NCBI GenBank assembly: GCA_951406725.2
Contig: OX597837.1
Span: 21,700,001-21,764,000, forward strand
Direction of reading: 5' to 3'
Source: Octopus vulgaris
Taxonomy: Eukaryota
DNA length: 64,000 nucleotides
The translations under genes and the position numbers were made by a program. This document shows positions 12,720-23,729 of the stretch, piece by piece. Each line of letters opens with the position of its first letter. Position 1 is the first letter of the stretch. Below the pieces are notes generated by a model. The model saw nothing but the letters and a program-made list of their open reading frames with translations. It had not been told where the DNA came from and made no database searches.

Positions 12720-13925
12720 ATCAGATCGTCTGTCGTTGTCGACGACGACAAAGGACACAGCCTTGTTTGAAGACGGGGAATCTGTGTGCCTGGCTGTGGC
12801 CGATCAGTTCGATATATGCTCGGAAGGCTCTGCCGCAGGTCGAGCACTGATGGTGTACTGGGACTGAAGGTAAGGAGTTGGCTCTGGACTTGCGCAGTTC
12901 GTGTTTTCTTTGTGTCCCTGCAATTTTGCTCTGTTTGTAGGGGGTGGAACATCTGTTAGTGCAGTTACCCCAAGCAGGGCAGGGATCTTTTCGGTTTGAC
13001 CGGCAGTTTTTTAAAATAATTTCCACGTAACTAAACACTTTTAAACTTCGTATACTAGTAGAATGTGTTTATAAAACACCTTTTTCTCTTGGCTTTATTG
13101 AGAAAATTCTATAGTTTGTAAGATATTTGTTGCTTTCTTTTTCTTTAATTTCTGCAATTTCAACCAATCAATGACGTCTATTGGGGTGAAAACATTCTGT
13201 GCCGTATGAATATGTTCCTCGTTTAAGAAACAGATTGGGTTTATTTACATTTGTGAAGAAAAAAAGATACCCTTCCCCCCACCCCTAGCCCTAACCCTAA
13301 AACAGATTGAAATGCAATAGATCGATACTAGGGTCATAATTATGGGTGACAATTTCATATGACACCGCTAGAAAAAACTGCCAGTCAAACCGAAAAGATC
13401 CCAGGGCAGTCTTGCACTTGCAATTCTCAGGTGTCGGGGTTGATCTCAAAGCTTTTCAGTGAGACCTTGAGTGTATCCTTTACGTGCTTTTACTGGCCAC
13501 CTTGTATGCGCTTGCCTTCCGTCGGTTCGCTGTAAAATGATCTCTTGTGGAGGAGTGACTTCCAGGCTTTCGAACAAAATGGCCTGCCCACCTGATTTGC
13601 GCTCTCCTCAGCAGTGTGTACATGCTTGGCAGATCAGCTTGGGAGAGAACCTCGGTGCCTGGGACATTGTCTTGCCAGGTGCTTTTAAACAGCTTTCTCA
13701 GGCAGTTCATGTGGAAGCGGTTTAGCTGTTTGGCGTGACGTTCATAAATCGTCCAAGTCTCGCAGGCGTATAACAGATTATGCAGCACAACTGCTTGGTA
13801 CACCTTGAACTTGGTAGCCAGCCTAATGCTTCTTCTCTCCCGCATTGATTCACGTAACTGCCCGAATGCTGAGTTTCCCTTGGCGATGCATGCGTCGACT
13901 TCATCGTCAATGTTTACAGATCTCC
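12720..13925 (-). mobile_element. RTE (BovB-like) LINE 3' fragment
   Basis: KFKVYQAVVLHNLLYACETW...LNRFHMNCLRKL...IRWAGH, plus a C-terminal C2H2 finger CSTCGRAFRAYIELIGHSQAH; interrupted by a MITE. Confidence 0.85.
12983..13401. mobile_element. Merlin-like MITE with 8-bp TSD
   Basis: TIRs GGATCTTTTCGGTTTGACCGGCAGTTTTTT / AAAAAACTGCCAGTCAAACCGAAAAGATCC; TSD CAGGGCAG at 12975-12982 and 13402-13409; internal CCCTAA repeats. A second copy at about 14883-15320 lacks the right TIR. Confidence 0.8.
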
Positions 13926-14017
13926 AAATCTGTGAACATTGTGTGTGTGAGTATGATTCTGAAAGTGTTATTATTTAACCTCAGGTCAACCCTGTTTGAA
14001 CAAACTTCTATAATGAC

Positions 14018-14536
14018 GGTATTCCAGCCGTGATTTAGGCGGCGAGCTGGCAGAATCGTTAGCACGCCGGGTGAAATGCTTAGCGGTATTTCGTCTGCCG
14101 CTACGTTCTGAGTTCAAATTCCGCTGAGGTTGACTTTGCTTTTCATCCTTTCGGGGTCGATTAAATAAGTACCAGTTACGCACTGGGGTCGATGTAATCG
14201 ATTTAATCCGTTTGCCTGTCCTTGTTTGTCCCCTCTGTGTTTAGCCCCTTGTGGGTAGTAAAGAAATAGGTATTCCAGCCGTGATTTAGGCGGCGAGCTG
14301 GCGGAATCGTTAGCACGCCGTGCGAAATGCTTAGCGGTATTTCGTCTGCCGCTACGTTCTGAGTTCAAATTCCGCCGAGGTTGACTTTGCCTTTCATCCT
14401 TTCGGGGTCGATTAAATAAGTACCAGTTACGCATTGGGGTCGATGTAATCGATTTAATCCGTTTGCCTGTCCTTGTTTGTCCCCTCTGTGTTTAGCCCCT
14501 TGTGGGTAGTAAAGAAATAGGTATTCCAGCCGTGAT
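14018..14536 (+). repeat. Tandem pair of family-A SINEs, 251-bp period
   Basis: GGTATTCCAGCCGTGAT at 14018, 14269 and 14520, separated by two near-identical SINE copies. Confidence 0.9.
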
Positions 14537-17500
14537 CACTCCATCTTACATTATCCATGCGTCAATCATTTTCCTTTTTTCTTCTTTTTAATGGAAATAT
14601 GTGATCTGAGTGATATTTAACTGTTAGTTTAACAGGTAGTTGCTCCTTCGTTGGTTCGTTCAGAATGCATTTATGAAAAGGTGGAGTTTGAATATCAATG
14701 AATTTAGATGAAAATACAGCAACGTCCACTACCGAACTGAGAACACGCCAAACTATCAAGACGAGGCCAAAAGGGCAATTCAGCCAGTCATGTTAGCCTC
14801 TCTATAACGAAAATAGAGTCTTTGGGGGCCAGGGATAGCTACTCACTATCAGTGAAAACTCCTCATGAATGTAACATGAGTTGGATCTTTTCCTTTTGAA
14901 ACGGCACATGTCAACACAATTTCTAGTTAACTAAACACTTTTAAACTTCGTATACTGGTAGAATGTGTTTATAAACATCATTTTTTCTTGGCTTTATTGA
15001 GAAAATTCTATAGTTTGTCAGATATTTCCACTTTAATTTCAAGCATTTCGGCAATTTTAACCAATCGCTGGAGTCCATTTGGGGTGAAAACATTCCGTGC
15101 TGTATGAATATGTCCCTCGTTTAAGAAACAGATTAGGTTTATTTACATTTGCGAAGAAAAAAAGATACCCTTCCTCCACCCCTAACCCTAACTCTAACGA
15201 ACCCTAACCCTAAAACAGATTGAAATGCAATAGATCGATACTAGGGTTATAATTATGGGTGACAATTTCATTCGACACCGCTACGGAAAATGGGATTTTT
15301 TTTCTAGCGGTGTCAAATGAGTTTGTAACAAGGTTAACTAACCCCTACCAGTTGCTTCCACCGCTGCTGATATTCAGTTTCGATAAAGTGAACTGGAACA
15401 ATGAGTATTTTTGATGCCCTAATAAATATATGAATAAAGTGACTTACTCAAAAATACAACTTACCGCTTCAGTTCCGGAATCGAATCAATGATCTTACGA
15501 TTAAAAGACCAACATCCTTAAACATGCACCTTCTCTGCCGAACAAACGAACCGACAATTGAGCTAGTGAAAGAAAAAGATAGAGGGAAGGGTAGAGGAGG
15601 TGGAAGACAGAAGGAGATACATACAGAGAAAGAGAGAGGTAGAAAGTAAGAGAAAGAGAGCTAGAGAGAAAGTAAGAGAAAAGAGAGGGTGAATATGTGA
15701 GCACACACGTCACACTTCAAGATTCGTCGAATGATAAGAATGCGTAATGGTTTTTTTAGCCCTAACACCCAAACTTAAGTCATGACTTTTTACAGCTTAT
15801 CTTCTGTCTTACCAATTGTGGGTGATTTTCCCTCGAAGTTCCACATTCTCAACATTGCTAAAATCTGTATCAGAGACACTTGACACACAGTTCCTCTTCA
15901 GTTCTTAGATATAATTCGCTTGATAGTCCTCCCAACAGCAATATCGTCATATTTGAGATGGTACGCCGGTTGCAAACACTAAAATCAACAAAGGTATCTC
16001 AATGCACGGCGAATCGACCCTAAAATTTCGCCAACATTCAATTTTGAAACCTTAATCATCTTTCTTTTTATCTGTTCCATGTTCCAGTCACTGTCACTGG
16101 ACTGTGGCCATGCTGGAGCACCGCCTTGAAGGATGTTAGTCGAACGAATCGACCCCAATACCTATTATTTTAAAACTCGGTACTTATTCTATCGTTTATT
16201 TTGGGGATCGAACCGCTAAGTTACGGGAACGAAAACAAACCAATACCGGTTGTCAAGCTGTGGTAGGAAACAAACCCAAACAAACACACATACACACACA
16301 CGTACATCCTGTACACAACGAGCTTTTTCCGTTTGTCAACCAAATCCGCTCACAAGCCTTTGGTTAATTCGGGGCTACGGTAGAAGATAACTTGTCCAAG
16401 ACTAAACTGAAGACTATGGTTGGGAAGTAAGTGTCTCGATTACACAGTCACGTCTGCGTCCATAACTTAAAAACAAATGAATTAAAAATAAAATAAATAA
16501 AACGGTTTAAACCGAAAGACCAAAATTTGTAATTCGTTAATTGCATAACTACGAATTTGAAAAATTAAAAATGGATTTTTTCCTCTGCACAAATATGTCC
16601 CAGGGGTGCTTTATGTACTTGGAATTTGTCCCTGGTATTAGAAGCGTTTCCCAACGCCGTTGATCTACGAGGTCACTCGATTTATTAAAAACAGCTGTCA
16701 AATTCCCACGAAGCTTACCTTACTGTTTCTAAAAAGAACTTGTCTTGGTATGGAATCTTCACATCAATGAAATTCTTACTCTACAATAAACTTGCATTGG
16801 GAAGAAGTTTTGTTCCACTTGTAAAATTCCTTTCGAAGGCTGTCGGTAACACTTAATCCTTGGGAAAAGTTCGTGGAGGAAATCAGTTAGCGTGACAAGA
16901 GAAAAATCAAATTTTTCAGGTCTTTGCTCTTCATTTGAACGAGAGACAGACAGACAGACAAGGACAGAGATATCGCTTTAGTTGCATATAATCGAAGTAA
17001 CAATACTACTTTTTTTCTACTTAGATCTTGTCATCGGAACGACGAGGGTTATCTAGTCATCCTTAAGAATGACTTTGTTTAAAGTGAAAAAGAGTTACCC
17101 ACTGTCAATGTCACTCTCTTGTCCGTGACTGTCTTCAATCCGTTGGCAAGACCAGACAAAGACGACTGAGGGGGGAGACGAAGATAGTGAATGACCAAGA
17201 TGTCTTATTTGCTTCATCTTGTCCTCCGATTTCCACAATGCATTACTGCAACCACCTTCAATTTGGTTAAACCATGAAGTTTCTTCTGCAGAGTCCGCTG
17301 GATCCAGTTTTCACATGCATACATAGGTAATGTACTAATTAACCAGTCGCTAAAACCCTAACAGATGCTACCACTCGGGCTCAGAGTAAACCTGGGAACA
17401 ACAGTGGCTAAGAGATTAGGTAGGCATGGGTAGGCAAGCTCTAAAATGTTAATTAATCCATAGCAGGGACCCTGACAGGTGCTACTACTCCGGGTCGGAG

Positions 17501-18630
17501 TTGACCTGGGAACAACAGTGGCTAACAATTGGTTCCACACTCTTCAAAAGCCTGGAACTCCCAAAGAGTTTCAGAGTTTTAAGGATGCAGAGAAACCAAA
17601 GTGATAACACCATCTTATATACTTGTTTCAGATGAAGGGTAAGGGCCTGAAAAAGTTATGTTCTTCACGCCTCGCTATCAACTGAACACATCGAAATCCT
17701 CCATGAATCCATCAATTAAAGAGTACTACAGGGAAACCAGATGGCATGGCCCTCATCTTTGACAGACCGACTTGGATATTTTACACAGTACGTGATTTCA
17801 AAATATAATTGTTCCAGAACAAAATTGCAAGTAATATATACACAAAGGAAGGTGGCGAGCTGACAGAATCGTTAACACACCGGACAAAAAAAGAGTCGAG
17901 CTGACCTTAAGCTTTCTTCTTCTAAAAAAAAAAAAAAAAAAAGGTACGATTCAAGTGTCTAAGGAATCGTTTCATATTTTACGGTAGAAAGGCAGCGAGG
18001 TGGCAGAATCGTTAGCGCGCCAGGCGAAATGCTTAGCAGTATTTCATCTGCCGTTACGTTCTGAGTTCAAATTCCGCCGAGGTCGACTTTGTCTTTCATC
18101 CTTTCAGGGTCGATAAATTAAGTACCAGTTACGCACTGGTGTCGATGTAATCGACTAAATCCCTTTGTCTTTGTTTATCCTCTCTATGTTTAGCCCCTTG
18201 TGGGCAATAAATAAATAAGAATCGTTACCGCGTCGGACAAAATGCTTAGTGACATTTCTTCTGCCTTTATGTTCTGAGTTCAAATTCCGCCGAGGTCGAC
18301 TTTGTCTTTCATCCTTTCGAAGTCGATAAAAAAAAGTACTAGTCGAATATTGTGATCTATGTAACCGACTTACTCCCTTTCCCTGAATTTGCTGACCTTG
18401 TGCCAAAATTTGAAACTAATATGAACAGAAGCAACGTTTCAACTGATAGAAAATCAAGGCCGTATGCGAAATGCAGTCCCACCCACCATTTTAACTCAAA
18501 TACTTCAGTAATCAGTGGTAAATACACACGATTTATGTATGGGTTATATATGAATATGTGTGTGTGCATGCGTATGCATGTATGTTTATACTGCACTTAC
18601 ATCAGAACAGAATAAAGAACTAGAACAATT

Positions 18631-18680
<50 letters not shown>

Positions 18681-20260
18681 CACATATATAACAGTAAGTC
18701 CTTTTTTTTTTGTTCTAACTGACGAGAGAAGGTTCTCTAAAAATCGTAGACCCATGCTAGCTAACCCACCTGGTCCCTACCTCTGCGCGGACCTGCAAAC
18801 ACACAACAGACGAGAACTGGATGGTAAAGGCTAACGTGTCTCTCAATTTCTTTGACCATGTGGAAATCATTATAAACTTGTTGCTTAGTTTAAAAATAGA
18901 GTTTTATTTCTGACGAAGTACAAAGCCAGTTATTTTTCGTGTGAATGGTGAAATGGTTTCATTGCATACAAAAATATTTGAGACAATACACATATGAAGG
19001 TAAAAAAGAAATTAAAACTCCAATTTCTGGTGAAAAATCTGGTGTATCAATTTCCATATTTCTTCGCCACTTTGTCAATCGCCACCGTCATTTAAAATAA
19101 ACAAGTTAGAGAGCCTGGCGTAGAAAATATTCTTTCTATCATAGGCACAAGGCCTGAAATTTTGAGAGAGAGGGACAGTCGATCACATCCGCAAGAATGA
19201 AAACAGCAAGGTCGACCTAAGAATGTAAAGACGGTAGAAATGCCGGTAAGCATTTTGTTCGACGCGGTAACGAATCTGCCAGCTCGTCGCCTTTCTACCG
19301 TATAAAATATGAAACGATTCCTTAGACACTTGAATTGTACATTTTTTTAATAGCTTAAGGTCAGGATGACCCTTTTTAGGGTTTCTGAGAATGTTGGAAG
19401 AAGTTATCCTCAGGCGAGAGACTTGGCTCAATACTTTGTGGACTTAGTTAAAGGTAGCCGTTGGCCGGGCGAGTGACTAAATCTACCACCATAGAACACG
19501 GACGATTCTTCTGATAGACTTTCATACAGTTGTCTGTCTACAAAATTTCAGTCACGTACCTTTGGTCGCCCCAATTATTATAGTAAAAGACAATTGGCGA
19601 AGGTGCAACGCAGAAGGGTTAGATTCGCAAGACGTAGTTGCAAAGTAAACGTAATCTCAAGATCATTCTAATACCCAGTTAAGCTTTATCGTAGGCCTGC
19701 ACAAAGCGGCGAGTTGGCAGAATCGTTTGCAGATGGGACTAATGCTTAGCGACATTTCTTCCGACTTTACGTTCTCAGTTCAAATTCTGCCGTGCTGGCT
19801 TTCTTCAGAAGGTTCCGTTGAACGTTGTGGTATGCGACCACTTGAAGCATTTGGTGCTTTTTTTCTCCTCTCTTTTTTCTCACCCCTTTTTCCTTTTCCT
19901 TTTCTTTGTCCTTCTTTCGTAAAAATTGTTATTATGGAAGAATCACGACGAGAATAAAATTGTATATTAACATTTCATTTAATGACATATATAATGGTAT
20001 AACTTACAGGCTGCACCCTGTCGAAATTGTGTCCTCATTGCTTTCTAAAAAAATACATACTTTTTAAATAAAACTTTGCGGATATACTAGGCGCAGGAGT
20101 GGCTGTGTGGTAAGTAGCTTGTCTACCAACAACATGGTTCCGGGTTCAGTCCCACTGCGTGGCACCTTGGGCAAGTGTCTTCTACTATAGCCTCGGGCCG
20201 ACCAATGCCTTGTGAGTGGATTTGGTAGACGGAAACTGAAAGAAGCCCGTCGTATATATG

Positions 20261-20322
<62 letters not shown>

Positions 20323-21087
20323 TGTGTGTGTTTGTGTGTCTGTGTTTGTCCCCTAGCATTGCTTGACAACCGATGCTGGTGTGTTTACGTCCCCGTTACT
20401 TAGCGGTTCGGCAAAAGTGACCGATAGAATAAGTACTGGGCTTACAAAAGAATAAGTCCCGGGGTCGAGTTGCTCGATTAAAGGCGGTGCTCCAGCATGG
20501 CCGCAGTCAAATGACTTGAAACAAGTAAAAGAGCAAAAGAGAGTATACATTTTCGAGCATGTAGATTAGTTAGTTACGATGGTGTTGATAAAACATTTAA
20601 AAAAAAAAATCTTTTGAGGAGTTACAGATCGTTCTTCTCCGCCCTTCCAGGCATTGTTACTACTAATTTCCGAAACCTAAGCATTTTTCACGTTTCTCTG
20701 TTTTTTCTCCCCCGCCAGATTTAGATGTATGAAACATCAACATTAAGTAAATCTACACTCTCGAAAACATAGTCAGACAAAATACCATTTTAAAATCCGC
20801 ATTTTTAAAGATAGTTACGATGAAACAATTCAAGATGTGAAAATGATCTGAAACTCCTTTTTAAAAAAATAACTTTTTCAATGTTATCAACATAATAGTA
20901 ACCTACACCCACAAAAATGTTTTTCTGCAAAATTTCGCTAAAAATTTGCATTTCCAGAAAGGAAACAAATTTGATGGGGGAACCCTCAATCTGTAGTTAT
21001 GTCTAGGAAATTTTGTTTCACATTAGGAGCAAACATAGACTCATCCGTTAAATGTTATCAACATTTAAATATGGAAAGATCTAGAAG

Positions 21088-22067
21088 TGTAGAACGACCG
21101 TGCGAAGGAGTGGTGACGATGAATGGCTTTTTTAATACATCGCACGGTCGATTACAATAAATACGGGAAGGAATAAATGAGTACAAGTGCCAGAAGGAAA
21201 AGAGAGACACAACCGGTAGAATGTAAAGAGAAAGATGTTATTGATAGGTTAACATGTGTTTCTGTGTGTGCGTCATATATGCATAATAATAAACTGGCCG
21301 TCATGTTTACGGTGTAAGTGTACAAACATGGATGTATGCGTGTGAGATAAGAACAGAGCATTGAAAGAGTCTAAAACAGGACGTTAGAAGAATGTTCAGA
21401 CACAATGATAATAAATACCAGTTCGTAGTCAAGGTACACGATAGTTGAAGTGCTGTAACAAGAAGTAGTGGCTGCAATGCAGAACCGATTGAGACACATG
21501 TCATGCGGGAAGCTGTGGCTACTATGCAGAGCCGGTTGAGTTGTTACAGGAGTCCTCGCAGGTTGTACTTGCTGTTAACCATGGTGAAGTAATTCACAAA
21601 CAGTGAGAAGATAAAACCTGTGCGAGGGTTGCTGTGTACGTAGAGAGATGGTGTTGACGACGTTAAGATGAAGGCGACAGAGATGGAGGTCTGGAAAGCT
21701 GCTGGACGAAGTATTGATGCGCCTCCATGTGACTGCTGGTGCTGACACTGGAATTGGCTGTGTGCTCTGTGTGGTCAGTGGCTAGACCTAAAAAGGTCTA
21801 AAGCCGAAAGACTTCGACTCGATGAATCGCTGAAGTTTTATAGTGAACAGTCGGCGCAAACTGAGGTTTAGAAGAGACTGTCTCATGTGACCTTATCAGA
21901 AGGCTGCAATTGGTTGGGTTGCACATTGGTGCGTAATAGAGAAAGAGACAAATTGCGCCAATACCAACCAATCAGAGTAGTGGATACAACAGGGTCCAGA
22001 AGAGCCGCCGAAGGCTAGCTGTTATCTACTACGTCCGTACTCATGTTTATATAGAGAGTCCGCTACA
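21088..22067 (-). mobile_element. LTR (about 980 bp) preceded by a polypurine tract
   Basis: Termini TGTAG...CTACA. On the minus strand: PPT GGGAGGGGAGG immediately upstream, CCAAT boxes (about 21910-21930), TATAAAA (about 21836-21842) and ATTAAA near the 3' end. Confidence 0.7.
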
Positions 22068-22193
22068 GATAGCCTCCCCTCCCAGCCATTTTGTGGAAGA
22101 CAAAAAGACGATAAAAAGTAGACATCTGTAGCGAAGAGGTGAAATTAGAAAGAGCAGTTGGTCATTAAGCTGGCACTGTGTCACCGATTTGTA

Positions 22194-22244
22194 GACTTCC
22201 GTGTGAACGTAGGGCTGCGTGTACGAATCACGTCGGGGTCACCA
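22194..22244 (+). other. tRNA-Trp-like sequence ending in CCA; extended primer-binding site on the minus strand
   Basis: GGCTGCGTGTACGAATCACGTCGGGGTCACCA matches the recalled 3' half of metazoan tRNA-Trp (GGYTGCGTGTTCRAATCACGTCGGGGTCA plus CCA) and lies 2 nt from an LTR-like end. Confidence 0.8.
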
Positions 22245-22246
22245 AT

Positions 22247-22681
22247 TGTAGGAAATGAGTTGGCTCTGGAGGGGTACTTCACAATTCCATACATAGTTCA
22301 CGGAAGGAAAAGGCGAGGACAAGATCTCTCCGAACAAATAACAATAATAATTCATTTCGCCTGAATAAACATTTCATCTCTTCGGCCCCGGCTTCTGACC
22401 AGACATGACGCAACTTAGACCATCTCTGTGGAGCTGGAATTCTGACAGTGTGTGACGTTGCGAGTCTGTGAAAATGCCTTCGTATTTTTGTGTCTAACTA
22501 CCAACCCTGCTGCTTCCACTCCAAGGCGTCCAGGCTACCGATGTCCAGAGATGAAATGTTTATTCAGGCGAAATGAATTATTATTGTTATTTGTTCGGAG
22601 AGATCTTGTCGTCGCCTTTTCCTTCCATGAACTGTGTATGGAATTGTGAAGAATCCCTCCAGAGCCAACACATTTCCTATA
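22247..22681. mobile_element. Palindromic LTR-like unit with about 130-bp inverted arms
   Basis: 22249-22380 is the near-perfect reverse complement of 22548-22679; ends TGTAGG...CCTATA. Confidence 0.75.
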
Positions 22682-22910
22682 GAAGTATAACTGAGTTTGC
22701 CAATATTTTAACTATGGAAGAATACAAGAAGACATAATCGGGTTGCCAATGGTTTCATTATTTAATACTTCCGTATATTATATGCTTTCATCAATGAATA
22801 CAAACAAGCAGACGTGTTGAATAATCATCCGACTCAGTAACGTGACCTGAGTTGCCAGCGTCATGAGCAACGCAAATATTGCGTGCTCTAAACTGTGGAC
22901 TAATAGCAGA

Positions 22911-23413
22911 AAGACTTCCGTTCCCGTCCCACCTCTACCCCATTTTCTCCCAAATTTGTTTAAAAAAAAAAAAAATTTTTTTTTGCCAAAAACACCCGTT
23001 TTCGGATACGGAGGTTCCGGAAAATTGCTAAAAATCGGCATTGTGAAATGTTCCCCCCCTTCCTCACCCGCAGTTCTTCAATTTTGACTTTTTTTCCCCA
23101 ACAGTAACCCTAACCATAACTACAGAAATGTTTTGAAATTTTTGTCCGAATCTTAATGTCCGTATTTTTCTGCATATTTAGAAAGAGAAACATTAAGAAA
23201 CATTTAACAAATTTTCCGTATGTTTCCTCATATTTAAAAAAATTTCTGAAAAAAGTAAAAAATGAAGGCAAGGGGAAGGGTAATTTTAAAATGCCGATTT
23301 TTTCCAATTTTTTTTTGCAGATTCGTATTCCCCGTAGCCGAAAAGGGGAGTTTGTGTCGAAAAAAAAAAAAATTTAACGGGTGGTTTGAGTGGCGGGAAC
23401 GGGCAGAAGTCTT
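22911..23413. mobile_element. Short element with imperfect inverted ends (Helentron/MITE-like)
   Basis: AAGACTTCCGTTCCCGTCCCACCTC versus GAGTGGCGGGAACGGGCAGAAGTCTT, with an A/T-run-rich interior. Confidence 0.45.
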
Positions 23414-23729
23414 GTCCTAATAGCGCTCCCTGAAGCCCCTCTCTTCTTCGAAATTTTGCGCTTAGGCAACAACAGCCTTAATGACTTCGCTCACGCTATC
23501 TCACTGAATCCACTCCTTAAAAAAAAATTCTTCGAATTCCCCTGCTTTCTGCTTACGATTTTGAAAAAAAAAAAAGAAAAAGAAAAAGGAAAATGCGAAA
23601 AGCCTTTCAGAATTTCAATCTCCACCCCATCCACATTTTTTTATTTTCATTTTTTTCATTTATAAGAAAAATTCTTCGTTCTTTAAAATACGAAATTACG
23701 ATTCTCAACGAAAAAAAAAAAAGGCATGG

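Noticed and set aside
13284-13300. CCCTAA runs as a telomere or chromosome-fusion scar
   Set aside because: Only 2-5 units and they lie within MITE copies.
18714-18752. CTGACGA plus hairpin, possible hammerhead
   Set aside because: GAAA is replaced by TAAA, spacing is wrong and stem I is weak.
22194-22244. Functional tRNA-Trp gene
   Set aside because: No anticodon arm, CCA is genomically encoded, and it abuts an LTR-like end; treated as a PBS/mimic.
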